Shown here piece by piece: positions 1 through 12,944 of a stretch of 64,000 nt of DNA; within the stretch, counting starts at the first letter, position 1, and the number at the start of each line of letters is the position of its first letter. A program made the position numbers and the translations under genes. This DNA comes from Camelus ferus (Eukaryota): positions 12,898,001-12,962,000 of the forward strand of contig NC_045698.1 in the NCBI RefSeq assembly GCF_009834535.1. The letters run 5' to 3'. The notes beneath the pieces are model-generated. The model was not told the DNA's origin and ran no database searches. It was given only the letters and a program-made list of their open reading frames with translations.

Positions 1-13
1 TTCAGTTGTTTTA

Positions 14-150
14 TTTTTGGGGGGTAGGGGGATGGAGGTGATTAGGTTTTTATTTATTAACTTTTTTTTTTAATGGGGGTACTGGGAATTGAACCCAGGA
101 CCTCATGCATGCTAAGCATGTGCTCTACCACTGAGCTATACCCTCCTTCC
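14..150 (-). mobile_element. tRNA-Ala-derived SINE (camelid vic-1-like)
   Basis: Reverse complement reads GGAGGGTATAGCTCAGTGGTAGAGCACATGCTTAGCATGCATGAGGTCCTGGGTTCAATTCCCAGTACC (A and B boxes), then an A-rich body with AAACCTAATCACCTCC. Flanked by TTCAGTT at 1-7 and 151-157. Confidence 0.9.
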
Positions 151-160
151 TTCAGTTTTA

Positions 161-1600
161 TTTTTTTTTAATTGAAGTATCGTCAGTTTACAATGTTGTG
201 TCAATTTCTGGTGTACAGCATAATGCTTCAGTCATGCATATACATATGTATATTCATTTTTATATTCTTTTTTATTATAGGTTACTACAAGATATTGAAT
301 ATAGTTCCCTGTGCTATACAGTATAAACTTTTTATTTATATATTTTATATATATTAGTTAGTATCTGCAAATCTCAAGCTCCCAATTTATCCCTTCCTAT
401 GCCCTTTCCCCTCTGGTAACCATAAATTTGTTTTCTATGTCTGTGAGTCTGTTTCTGTTTTTTAAATAAGTTAAGGTGTATTTCCTTTTTTTTTAGATTC
501 CACATATAAGTGATATCATATGTTTTTTTTCTTTCTCTTTCAGGCTTACTTCACTTAGAATGACATTCTCCAGATCCATCCATGTTGATGCAAATGACAT
601 TATTTTATTATCTTTTATGGCTAAGTAGTATTCCGTTATATAAATATACCACAGCTTCTTTATCCAGTCATCTGTCGATGGACATTTAGGTTGCTTCCAT
701 GTATTGGCTATTGTAAATAGTGCTGCTATGAACATTGGGGTGCATGGTCTTTTTGAATTAAAGTTCCCACTGGATATATGCCCAGGAGTGGGATTGCTGG
801 ATCATATAGTGAATCTATTTTTAGTTTTTTGAGGAATCTCTATATTGTTTTCCATAACAGCTGCATCAGACTGCATTCCCACCAGCAGTGTAAGAGGATT
901 CCCTTTTTTCCACACCCTCTCCAGCATTTATCTATCATTCATGGACTTTTGAATGATGGCCATTCTGACTAGCGTGAGGTGATACCTTATTGTAGTTTTA
1001 ACATTCATTTCTCTGATAATTAGCGATATTGAGAATTTTTTCCATGTGCCTATTGGCCATTTGTATGTCTTCATTGGAGAATTCCTTGTTTAGGTCTTCT
1101 GCTCACTTTTGGATTGGGTTTTTTTTTTTTTTTTTGGTTGTTGTTATTAAGTTTATATATTCTAGAAATTAAGCTGTTTTCAGCCTCATCTTTTGCAAAT
1201 ATTTTCTCCCATTCCATACGTAGGTTGCTGTTTTGTTTTGCTTATGGTTTTCTTTGCTGTGCAAAAGCTTGTAAGTGTAATTAGGCCCCATTTGCTTATT
1301 TTTGATTTTATTTCTATTGCTTGGGTAGACTGCCCTGGGAGAACATTGCTGAGATTTATGTCGGATAATGTTTTGCCTACGTTTTTTCCTAAGAGGTTTA
1401 TACGGTCTTGTCTTATGTTTAAGTATTTAACTTAGCATTAACTTAAACATTTTGAGTTTATTTTTGTGTATGGTGTGAGGGAGTGTTCTAGCTTCATTGA
1501 TCTACATGCTGCTGTCCAGTTTTCCCAACACCATTTGCTGAAGAGACTGTCTATACTCCATTGTATATTCTTGCCTCCTTTGTCAAAGATTAATTGACCA
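161..1600 (-). mobile_element. 5'-truncated L1 (ORF2 3' end, 3'UTR and polyA), lineage-specific
   Basis: ORF 493..735 MFIAALFTIANTWKQPKCPSTDDWIKKLWYIY is the L1 ORF2 C-terminus. ORF 1438..1692 contains [27 protein letters not shown]. Poly-T at ~161-169. Confidence 0.95.
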
Positions 1601-3009
1601 CCATCAGTTGTTTTAATATAAGCATCCCAACTCCCATGAATAGAGATCGGGCTTGAGTAAGCATAATGGACGTTATATGGCCCTTCTCCCAATATGATAA
1701 ATCCTCAGTATGTTCAGAGACACAGAATGTTCTGAAGGGAGAAAACAATTGTGTTTCCTTAGGGAAGAGCCTTATAACATGACAAAAATATTCTGGAAAC
1801 CTTTCTTTAATCTTCCCCATATGGTTTTTGTTCATTTGCATAGATGATGGATAGTGTAAATGGAAAACATCCAAGCTTTTCAGGAGTGATTGGTGTTGGC
1901 TCTTAAGTAACACAAATGTCTCAGGACTCAGAACATCAGAAGATCAATGTAGCTTTGACTGGAGTCCAAACTGCAAGAAGCTAACTGGGACCCTACCCAT
2001 ATCCTAAGCATACCAGGTTCATAAGGTACCTTTGGAGGTAGATGTCCTTCACACCAAGAAGAATCTTCACAATGATCAACATTTAAATTACTCTCTTTAA
2101 ATTCACTAATCTCTCTTCTCTAATCTGTTATCTCATCTAGAAACTTGTGCCACATGAACCTTCATCATCACTGATGAACCCAACCACCTGCCTTCCCTGG
2201 GTTTGCATCTGTGAAGCAGAGCACTTCTTAGAGAAAACACACCCACAAAAACACACAAATCAGACTGATGCCAATATAAATTCAAGTTTCTAATACTCTA
2301 TCTCGTTAGACAGTTTGTTTTCATGCCACTCACAGCAACAACTTGAAATCTTTTCTGGTCTTCTAACGCTCCAATAGCCCATGCTTATTTGCACTTTCTG
2401 CAAAGAGAAGCTTGCCTCCTTCTTGAAAGACTAAATAAAGGTCATCAGATGGGAATGTCCTCAATTTTCTACCAAAAATATGAAAGTCAGAGTGCGTCTA
2501 CAGTCACACTCCTCTTTTCCTTTCATATTGCAATACAGGAGGTGTCCTTTCATGCTTCAAAAGCTGGTGTTTCCCTGTAGGCCCTGGATTCTAATTCTCA
2601 TAGGGTTCTCTCTCTTTCATGTGTTCTTCATTTTTTTTTTCCTTTCAGGCCTTGTTTGAGTCTCTCCTGGCATAGGGATATTTGTCTGGACTCAGCGCCC
2701 TCATGCTGTGTTATCCCTGCACCCCGCCTCCTTCTCTTCATCGCTACAAATTGGGGCTCCTTCTCTCCGTCACTATGTGGAGGAAAGAGCCAGAGGATTT
2801 TATTATCTTGCAAGAGAAATTTAGTGGGCACAATGTTCAGCAGGTGGGTAGAATGTGAAAAAGAGCATGAGAGCCAAGAGATGCATTTGTTTTAGGTCAA
2901 GAGAGCACAGTGAGTTACAGGGGTGAGATTGGTAGGACAGTGTTTCCTAATGAGAAAATTCAACTTCACTCAGGTTCAAATACATATTCCTAGTTTTCAC
3001 CCCATGGCT

Positions 3010-3090
3010 AATCCTGAGAACTAGAATTTTGAATTTTTAACAAGTGCTGTGGATGATTTTTACGATGAGGCAAATATGAGAAGTGTAGCT
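3010..3090. mobile_element. MER5-like hAT DNA transposon fragment
   Basis: GAATTTTTAACAAGTGCTGTGGATGATTTT...CAAATATGAGAA resembles the MER5 right half. Confidence 0.4.
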
Positions 3091-3499
3091 TTAGAGGGTA
3101 TGTGTGTGTGTGTGTTTCTGTGTATGGGTGCTGGTATTGCATACCAGCTGTTAAACAGATATGAGGAGCTTGGAGAATCTGAGTTCTAAGAGTTTCTTGA
3201 AGCTCCATGGATCCTTGGGCCACACAGAATCATCTGTGGCTTGGGCAGTCGATGATTTTCCATTGAGATGTGGTCCCTCAGATGTTCCTTTTGCTCCTCA
3301 GCTGGCATCGGTGGTTGGTACAGCAGAAATGGGCACAATGAGGCAAGTGAGTCTCAATTTCTAATTGTGCTGTGACAATACTTTAGAAGCCTGAAGCCTT
3401 AAAAGCTTGCAGGAATGACAGTCCAGCAGTGGTGTTCACAGGGAGCATCTGGGGGACATTCTTGGCTCACCTGAGTATAAGGCTTTTATGATGTTAAAC

Positions 3500-5040
3500 C
3501 AAAACATTGTTAAAAGGCTAAACGAGGGCCAAGATGAGGAACAGAGCCAAGAAATACTTGAGAAGATCTTGTGATTGATTATAAGAGAGAGGCAGAGATA
3601 TACAAGAATTTTCTGCCTTGGAAGACTAGGTAACTGGTAGCATCGTTGACGGAGACAGAAAATGCAGGACAAAGAACACGTTTGCCAAAGTAAGAGGGGC
3701 CAATTTTGAGTACCCTGGCCTTGAAATGTCTTTGTTACATTTGTTACACTCACATAAAGATGTTTAATGTTATATGTTTCTGGAACTCAATAGAAAGTTA
3801 TAGCAAATGTTTTAGATTCCATAGCCTGATGGATAATTTTATGTATCAATTTGACTGAGTGGTGGTACCTAGCTACTTGGTCAAATATTATTCTTAATTT
3901 TTCTGTAAATGTGTTTTTTTTTTTAATGAAATTCACATTTAAATTGGTGGACTTTTAGTAAAGCAGATTGCCCCCCATAACATGGGTAGACTTCAGCCAA
4001 TCGGTAAAGGCCTGAATAGAATAAAAATTTGGCCTTCCCCCAGCAAGACAGAATTCTGCCAGCAGACTACCTTTGGGCCTAGACTGCATCTTTTTCCAGG
4101 GTCTCAAGCCTGCAGTCCTACCCTGACTCTGCAGATTTTTGAACTTGAACATCCACAATTGGGTTAGCCTGTTCCTTAAAGTAAGTCAATCTCCTCTCTC
4201 TCTCTCTCTCTTTCTCTCCCTCTCCATATATATAGCTATATAGCATCCTGTTAGTTCTGTTTCTCTGAAGAACCCTGAGTAATAGCATAGTAGTTAGCAT
4301 TCAGGAATTATTAAGTAAAGGTCTTAAGATAGAAGAGATTGACTTGAGAAAAAGAGTGATCTAAGAACAGTGGGCTGAGAATAGAATTGTGGATGCACTA
4401 GTAAGGTTTAAATGGTGAACAGTATAAGAGTAAGACATGAAGAAGCCTGAAAAGAATTGATCAGGGAGACACGAAGAGTCACAGGAAAAAACTGAACAAT
4501 TTAATAAAATGTAGAGTGTTAGGACAAAGGGAATTGTGTACAGTATTAAACACAGCAGATAGGATTGAAATGTGGTCTTATGACTTGGAAATTAGAAAGT
4601 CCTTGGTTACCTTAGCAAAAGTAGCTCTGCCAAGCAGAACCTTGTTTTCAGGCTGGAAAGGAATTAACTGAGAAGTGAGAAAGAAAAGACTTATCTTGGA
4701 AGATTTGAAATGAAAAGAAAAGGAGCAAGATTATTAGCTAAAGAGAAACTTAGGTCCAAGAGAAAAGTATCTATAATTTGTTTTTGTTTTTGTTTTTGTT
4801 TTGTCTTAAATACATCAGCCACCAGCAGCACATTTTCAAGTTGGAGGATTATCTTCAAAGAGGGAGAATGAGTGATCATAAAGGAAGGATGCCAGCTCCT
4901 TGAGGAGATGACACAGGTGGGATTAAGGTGATCTTGAATGTGAGTAAACACATAGTCACTTTGGAAATTGGAAGAAAGCCTGGAAGTATAGGTCAGATAT
5001 AAGGATGTAGGCACAGGAGGGAAACTGATGAAGTCATAGA
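3500..5040 (-). mobile_element. Decayed L2 LINE, interrupted by MLT2 LTR
   Basis: Purine-rich antisense L2-like tracts, e.g. GACTTGGAAATTAGAAAGTCCTTGGTTACCTTAGCAAAAGTAG at ~4582. Confidence 0.5.
3827..4284 (+). mobile_element. MLT2-family (ERVL) solo LTR
   Basis: Starts TGATGGATAATTTTATGTATCAATTTGACTG, contains AGTAAAGCAGATTGCCCCCCATAA, ends GTTCTGTTTCTCTGAAGAACCCTGAGTAATA. Confidence 0.85.
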
Positions 5041-5069
5041 AATAGATCTTCAAAAATTTTAAATTACAA

Positions 5070-5516
5070 CCCCATGAATGGACCTTGAGCAAATTATGCT
5101 AAGTGAAATAAGAGAAAGACAAATGCTATATGATCTCATTTATACATGGAATCTAAAACAACCACCACCGAATTCATAGATACAAGAGAACATATTGGTA
5201 GTTGCCGGAAGCAGGGGTGGGGGATGGCAGAAATGAGTAAAGGGGGTCAAAAGATACAGAATTTCAGTTATATAATGATAAAATATAAAATAATAAAATA
5301 TGTTGATTATAGTTAATAATACTGTATTGCATATTTGACAGTTGTTAAGTGAGTAGATCTTAAAAAAATTTGTAACTATGTATAGTGAGTGATGTTTGAC
5401 AGACATTAACTAACATAAAGGTGTGATCATTTCACAATGTGTTGAACTATCAAATCATTATGTTGTACATCTGAAACTAACACAGTGTTATATGTCAATT
5501 ATACCTCAATAAAAAT
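5070..5516 (+). mobile_element. L1 (L1MA-type) 3' end
   Basis: ATGAATGGACCTTGAGCAAATTATGCTAAGTGAAATAAG (ORF2 end) through TATGTCAATTATACCTCAATAAAA. Confidence 0.85.
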
Positions 5517-6899
5517 AATTGAATTAAATTAAAAGTAAACAAAATTAAATCGTTGCTTCGTAGAAGGAATAAGTTAAAGACAAGAGAACAATTGATTGTA
5601 GTAGGGGGTCAAATTACAAAAAACAATCTGTATTAACCAAAATTCTTGGGTTGTACCTTTTTCTATAGAGTATTCAGAAGTCTAAATTTAAGAATAGAGT
5701 CAGTGCTGTAATGTTTATCCTTTGTTGTAACATAAGGAAACACCTGCAAGTTAGATGAGATTCCTTGTGAGGAGAAATTAAAGAAATCTTCAGTGGTTTC
5801 TTGGCTGAGTGGAGAATGAAGTAATGGCAGAAGGGAGCTTGTAGAAGGGATTAAAAAATTTTAATTTAAAAAAATTAAAAAATTTAAAAAATCATTCCCT
5901 TTACTTTTAAATCCAGCCTATGTTCTTAAGGCAGACATTTTACCTTCTATGGCTTGAAGAGTTATCCAAAAATCCGCTACTGGTACTTGCTAATTGACTC
6001 CGAGAATTATTCCAGGTGGCTACAGCCCTCACCATCTGCTTTGAACCCTCTCTCCAGTCTGGTCTCCTGGATTTCTCTGCCATTGGCATCATTACTTGGA
6101 AGCTTTCTCTCTGCCTGGCCCTAACAGATTGATTACCTATTTGGACAGTCTTCTGTTCTTTGGACAGTCGCCCCAACATGTGCTGCTTCTCAATTTACCC
6201 TGATGACAACTGTGACCAACAGTGAGTGGGGGCCCACCTTTCAGCATAAGCTCCCAGGACACTAACTGTGCTTGCTGGAAGTGGAGGGCCAGGAGTGTTG
6301 AAAGTTGATGGTCTGGTTTTATGTTAAGCAAAATTTTTTTGGTCTATATTTCTCATGAAAACTGAGACATGATTAACACGTTGGTTATATTTTATAATAT
6401 CCAGGATTATATAAGGATAAAGTGTGAATGCTAGATGGATATACATATTAAACATTGATAATGCTTGATAATGAGCATAGCTATTTGGCTATATGAAAAT
6501 GTAGCTCTTTCCAGAAGATTAACTTGCTGGGGTTAAATTTCCCATATTTTACATAGAATTAGGCTATTATCCTAAGTATTGAATAGTCATTGTGCCTACT
6601 GTAATAAAGGAGCATGCCTGGGTAGGTTATCATTATTTTGGGGATCTATTGGTTTGGGGGTAAATTTGAAAGTAGGAAACAATTAAGCTTTGGCAGATGG
6701 AGTTTCATAGAGGGGTCAGTTGCAGACTTGATTCTGCCTATTTTTCAGACAAAGATAATTGATTTATTTTACCATATCTTCCATCCAATACATAAGTTCC
6801 AATGAACGTGTTCGTGGTTTACATTACTGTGTAACGAATATTAGGGATAGCATTCTTAATTTTTCACAGGTGTCTGAATAAGCCTGATTTTATGAGGGA

Positions 6900-7020
6900 A
6901 ATAGCACAGCACTTGGAGTCAGAAACATCTGGGATTTATTACTTCCTCTGTCAATAATTCATGTTGCCACCTGGAGACAGTATGTCGTTTTCAGGTCTCT
7001 AGTTTTTATATCTGTAAATC
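6900..7020 (+). mobile_element. MIR SINE fragment
   Basis: AGCACTTGGAGTCAGAAACATCTGGG ... CTAGTTTTTATATCTGTAAA (MIR core-like). Confidence 0.55.
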
Positions 7021-7041
7021 TCTAGTTTCTACATCTGTAAA
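6996..7041. repeat. 23-bp tandem duplication
   Basis: TCTCTAGTTTTTATATCTGTAAA followed by TCTCTAGTTTCTACATCTGTAAA. Confidence 0.85.
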
Positions 7042-7856
7042 GTCTACTGCTTTCATTTTTAAAGTAGATGTAGTCGTTTGCATTAAGATATAGCCTGAAG
7101 TTATAAAGTTGACTATTTCAGTTTCACACTAATGTGAAATATACGTAAAATTTATGTAGTGATTCTTCTGTAACTTTTTTTCAGTGATATTTAAGCAAAG
7201 AGAAACTTTTGATAGAGTAGTTACAAGCATGCCGACACCTCTATTTTAAAGTATTTTCTGGCTTTTGTTTTACATGTAAAAGTGATAAATATTCATTATG
7301 TTACCAGCATGTAGTAGAAGCAAATGGCAGATGCAAACTCCAGTGCTATCATCATTATAGAAAAAACGAGAGTTGAACGTTTGAGCAATTCTCAAACTGT
7401 ATTCATTCAAATTCATATTCAGATGTGGCCAGGGCTTCATAATCAAGAAATTATCTTTCATTAAGTCACCATTGTTGTTATAATCTGTTTTAAGACAAAT
7501 TAATTTATAACCTATTTATTTTCATTTTATCAATATCACCAGAGGAATGACACCCGCAGAGTCACTCAACTGTTGCAAAAGCATTTTGTTCCGTTAAATG
7601 TTTGCATGTTTATTTTTGGAAATATACTTTAATATGAAATGGAATAACACAATTTCCTTTTCAGATTGCTTTATCCAAGATAAAAGTTTTCTAAGAAAAC
7701 ACTGGTCATTACTATGTTCATCCCAGTAGCAGGTGACGTTCATTTAGGTACTCTGATATTTCTGACTTCCTGCTAGGCTGAAGATACACTCTCTATTTTA
7801 AATCATCACACAAATGTCTTTGGTTGCAAAAGAACAAGTGTGACTTAGAACTTTTC

Positions 7857-8151
7857 TTTTTTTTTTTAACATTTTTTATTGATTTATTATCATTTTACAA
7901 TGTTGTGTCAAATTCCAGTGTAGAGCACAATTTTTCAGTTATACAAGAACATATATATATATTCATTGTCACATTTTTTTCTCTGTGAACTGCCATAAGG
8001 TCTTGTATATATTTCCCTGTGCTATACAGTATAATTTTGTTTATCTATTCTACAATTTTGAAATCCCAGTCTATCCCTTCCCACCCCCCCCCCCTTGGCA
8101 ACCACAAGTTTGTATTCTATGTCTATGAGTCTATCTCTGTTTTGTATTTAT

Positions 8152-8184
<33 letters not shown>

Positions 8185-8496
8185 TTCCACCTATGAGCGA
8201 TCTCATGTGGTATTTTTCTTTCTCTTTCTGGCTTATCTCACTTAGAATGACATTCTCCAGGAGCATCCATGTTGCTGCAAATGGCATTATGTTGTCAGTT
8301 TTCATGGCTGAGTAGTATTCCATTGTATAAATATACCACATTTTCTTTATCCAGTCATCCGTTAATGGACATTTAGGCTGTTTCCAAGTCTTGGCTATTG
8401 TAAATAGTGCTGCTATGAACATTGGGGTGCAGGTGTCATTTTGAAGTAGGGTTCCTTCTGGATATATGCCCAGGAGTGGGATTCCTGGGTCATATG
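7857..8496 (-). mobile_element. Young 5'-truncated L1 with 9-bp TSD
   Basis: Intact ORF2 C-terminus (ORF 8180..8422). TSD GAACTTTTC at 7848-7856 and 8497-8505. Poly-T at the left end. Confidence 0.95.
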
Positions 8497-8773
8497 GAAC
8501 TTTTCAATATTATTTGACTATGGAAAGCAAACTAACTTTTCTAGAAAAATGTCAGTGTACTAATCAATTTCTTCATAATAATTAAAGAATAGGTAATCAT
8601 TCAAGGAAGTTTACTGCACTCATAACAACAGTGGTCAAGAAATCCTCCAACTTGAAGGAAAAACTTTCTACAAAGTGTATAAAATTCAGCACACACCATG
8701 TGATTCTGGTATGTGAGTCATCTTCCTTTAACTAGGCAACATATTATATATTTTTTTTTCTAGTTGCATCATT

Positions 8774-8834
8774 AGTAGAACTAAGTAGAATTAACCAACT
8801 AACTAATCAACTAACTAACTAAGTAGAACTAAGT
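8774..8834. repeat. Low-complexity AACT / AGTAGAACTA repeat
   Basis: TAGTAGAACTAAGTAGAATTAACCAACTAACTAATCAACTAACTAACTAAGTAGAACTAAG. Confidence 0.7.
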
Positions 8835-10089
8835 TTCCCCCTATGATTCTGTAAGAAATCTCTGACATACAAGGGACACAAAAGTAACAGGAGTGGTGCA
8901 CAAAATGATAAATTTTCTATGACCATTATCAAAAAATACAACAACTAACTTTAACCTCAACACCAATAGATTTATGAAGATGAGTGCCTATTGTAAGAGT
9001 ATTAACTTTGGTATCTCCTACTCTATGAGATAGCTTGTCTGTCACAAGTTCCAGACTAGAGCTGATAATTAGGTGAAGGAAAATATAATGTTTGTTTTTT
9101 GCATTTGACCTCAATACTTAAAACAATTCTTTAATGCATAAGAATCACTTATTTTTCAGTCTATCGTATGTAGCTTCCTGTTCTTGACACACAAATAGAC
9201 ATCTTTTTAGAGTACTTTGTATTCTTTGTGAATAAGATATAGAAATGTTAACTTTTTTCTCTTCAGCATTTTCTCTTTATTTCCTTCAGTTACTTACATT
9301 GGAAGATATCATATGCCTTAAGGAATCTATTACAGAAAACACATGGAAGATTTTGAGTTCTGAAGTCTAGGGCTTCATAGGCATTAAGATACAGTGGAAA
9401 CATGATAAATCTTAATGTCTAAATAAAGATTTCTCAGATTGGTAGAAGAAAAGTAAAAAGAGTCAAAAGAGAAGTGAGGATATCTAAAAAGTTGATTGGG
9501 TTGCTATTCCCTGAATACAAGTTCATGGATCTAGATTTAATGGGCAAAGATGCTAGAAATACACAGCATTAGTTTGTGGTAGCTGTGTGTGTAAAGACCT
9601 AAGTTAGGATCCCTGAGGATAGTCAGTTAGGCAGACAGATCTCAGAATAGAAATGGCTGCAAGATGTTCCTGAATAGTCTTGAAGAGTTTTTTAGAGCCC
9701 AGTATAAATAGTGAGCAGAGAGATAAACTCCTATGTGCCAGAGAAGGACACAGAAAGAGAAAAGGAGTTGTTCTCAACCTAGACACCTTAAGAAAAAAAA
9801 TGAGCAACCAAGAGTGACCTCTATGGGCAGGTGAACTGGGGGAGGAGGGTGCATTGTAATAGTCTCAGCAGATATCATCAGAGAAAGATGGTGGTACAAA
9901 TGAGAAATGTCACATCCATACTTCAAATATATATATATACACACATACCAAGATTATTATTTTATTCCACTCAGGAGTTTGAAATAAGAATCAAGGTGAG
10001 CTGTAATAATAATAATATTTATTTCATATTGTACTGATTACAGAGAACATGCTTCTTCCATATTTCAGAGCATCCTTGTATGGCTAAGA

Positions 10090-11795
10090 TTGATGAAAAG
10101 CAATAGATAGGACCCAGAATAGCTAAACCATTATGAAAAATAAGAAGAAATTTAGGAGACTTATGCTCCTTAGTATCAAAATTAATGACAAAGCTCTAAT
10201 AATCAAAACAGTGTTATATTGGCAAAAGATCTGAAATATAGATCAATGAAATAGAAGTGAGATTCCAGGAAAAAACCTTTACATTTTTGGTTAAGTGACT
10301 TTTAACAAGTGTTCCAAGGTAATTCAATGAGAGAAAGATAGAATGTTACTGAGATAACTAAACAATTTAGATGCAAAAGAATAAAGTTGGAGTCCTTCCT
10401 CACGTATTCATAAGTTAATTCAAAATGGATCATAGACCTAAGTGTAAGAGCTAAACTCTAAAACTCTTAGGAAAAAATCTCTAAGAAGAACAATTCCTTT
10501 TTGAAGGAGTAAATCTTCATGCTTTTGGTTGGGTAAGAGTTGTTGTGGTTATTGTTTGTTTGTTTGCTTGCTTTTTAGCTATGAAACCAAAAGCATAAGC
10601 AATAGAAGAAAAAATAGATTAACTGAACTTTATTAAAATTTAAAAGTTTGTAGTTAAAAAGATATCATTCAGAAATTGAAAAGATAAATCATGGAATAGG
10701 AGAAAACATTTGCAAATCATTTATCAGTTAAGAAATATTTATACAGAATATATGTAGAACTCTTATAATTCAACCACAAAAAGACAAACAACCCGATTTA
10801 AAAATGGGCAAAGAGTTTGAATATACCTTTTGTCACAGAAGATATAGAACTGGCCAACACACACATGGAAAGATGCTCAACATCATTAGTCACTAGGGAA
10901 ACGCAAATTAAAGCCACAATGTGATATCATTTCACATCTTCTAGGATGGCTAAAATTAAAAAAGACAGAAAAATTACAAATGTTGGCGAGAATGTGGAGA
11001 AATTTGAATCCTCATACATTGCTGATGACATTTTGAAATGGTGCAGCCACTTTGGAAAGAATTTGGCAGTTCTCCTAAACCGTTAAAAATAAAGTCACCA
11101 CATGACCCAGGAATTTCACTCCTAGGTGTGTATCCAAGAGTAATAAAAATGTATGTCCACATAAAAACTTGGACATGGGGGATTATTCATAATGAACAAA
11201 AAGTGGAAATGGCTAAAGTATCCATCTACTGATGCAATGGATGAACAAAATATCATATACCCACACAATGGAGTGTTACTCAGCAATAAAAAGGAATGAA
11301 GTATGGATGAAAGTTACAACATGGTGAACTTTGAAAAAAAATATACTAAGTGTAAAAAGCTGGTCACATAAGCCCACATATTGTATGATTCCATTTACAT
11401 GAATAATACAGGCAAATCTTTAGAGACAGAAAGTAGCTCAGTGATGGCCAGGGGCAAGAGGAAGGGAGAAATGTGGAGTTATTACTAACGACTGCTACAT
11501 TTCTTCTTTGAGGTGATGAAATGTTCTCAAAGTAAATAGTGGTGATGCTTGAACAACTTTGAGAACATAATAAAAAGCTCAGGGCGGGGAGGGTGTAGCT
11601 CAAGTGGTAGAGCGCATGCTTAGCATGCATGTGGTCCTGGGTTCATTCCCCAGGACCTCTTCTTAAATAAATAAATAAATAAACCTAATTACTTCCCTCT
11701 CCGCCCACAAAAATTAAAAAAATTAAAAAGTAAAAAGCACAGAAGTGTACATTGTAAAAGGTTGCATTTTATGTTTGCAAATTGTATCTCATAAA
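10090..11795 (+). mobile_element. L1 (L1MB-type) ORF2 3' part and 3'UTR
   Basis: ORF 11038 MVQPLWKEFGSSPKPLKIKSPHDPGISLLGVYPR. AAATGGGCAAAGA and GATGCTCAACATCATTAGTC motifs. L1MB-like 3'UTR. Confidence 0.9.
11583..11730 (+). mobile_element. tRNA-Ala-derived SINE (vic-1-like) inserted in L1
   Basis: GGGGAGGGTGTAGCTCAAGTGGTAGAGCGCATGCTTAGCATGCATG... then (TAAA)n and A-rich tail. TSD TAAAAAGC(T/A)CAG at 11571-11582 and 11731-11742. Confidence 0.93.
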
Positions 11796-12912
11796 CAATA
11801 ATAGACTAGAAGGAAAGCAAAGGAATCTTAAATCATTGCCCATGACTCTGGGAGAATTGTTATCAGTGGTGAGGCAGACTCTGAGAATTCATGACTAACT
11901 TGAAATTTCCATGTTTACATGATGAGACGAAATTTGAAGTTATTCTATAATCTTCATTCTATACACTATAGAGTTTTGAACATTCTGGGAAAGATGAGTG
12001 ATTTTCAGAAGTAAGGGAAGATGAGTAAAAACTGACAATATTCAACTTTCCCAGTGACAGTTCTGAGAACACATAAACAAGGAGGTCTGTGGGAGGTGAT
12101 TTTTAAGTCTATATCTTGAAATAAGAATTTCTAAGATAAGTGAATCTTTTCCAGGAGAGAATTAAAAAAACTGATAATTTTCTTGCAAACAAAGTAAAAG
12201 CAATCAAATTAGTATGTCCCTTAATATCACTAAGTATAATGGATTGTGAGCAAATACTGCACCCGCCTCCTCATTTTACTCCCACATTCAAAGGGAGTGA
12301 GGACCTTAGCTGTAGCCAGCCTTACTTAGCCGTGAAAACTCTGAGCATATGATATATGTCTGTGTCTGCATATGTTGGGGTTGGAATGGAGCTAATGATA
12401 CCTACAGAATGACATGCTGATATGCCTGTAAGTGTTAATATTTTGGAGAAATGGATTCAGAATATAGTACCAGTTACCAAAGATATTTTACACACACACA
12501 CACACACAGACATCCCCACACATCACTCTTCCCTGGAACTATAAATCTTAGATTCAATTGAATTTTAGATTCAATTAGAGGAAAACGTATTGAGAAAGGA
12601 ACAGATTGAAATGAAGTTTCTTCTATATGATGGAATTGATGCTTAAAATAGAAATTAATATAAGATATAGAAATTATAAAGATGTATTTGAGTTATAGGT
12701 TTATGACTTTTAATTTGTTAAAAAGGGTTTTTTAAGTGAAGCAAACATAAATGACTTCAAGATCTCGATCATGACCATTGGCATCCCAGTGTTGATTGCT
12801 GTACTGTCAAGAGTGTAGTTAAATGTTTGTTTTGACAATAACAAGTTTGAGTGTTTGGACTATGGTTTTGTGCTTCTTCTATGCCCATTACACAAGTGGT
12901 ATTCCATATTTC

Positions 12913-12944
<32 letters not shown>

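Noticed and set aside
493..735. 80-aa ORF (and paralogue 8180..8422) as a host gene
   Set aside because: L1 ORF2 C-terminus in 5'-truncated retrotransposons.
5940..6331. Overlapping minus-strand ORFs as coding exons
   Set aside because: No recognisable protein, weak splice signals, stops in the alternative frame checked.
11586..11660. tRNA-Ala(AGC) gene
   Set aside because: The anticodon arm is intact, but it is followed by SINE body, A-rich tail and a TSD, and is repeated elsewhere in the window. It is a SINE head.
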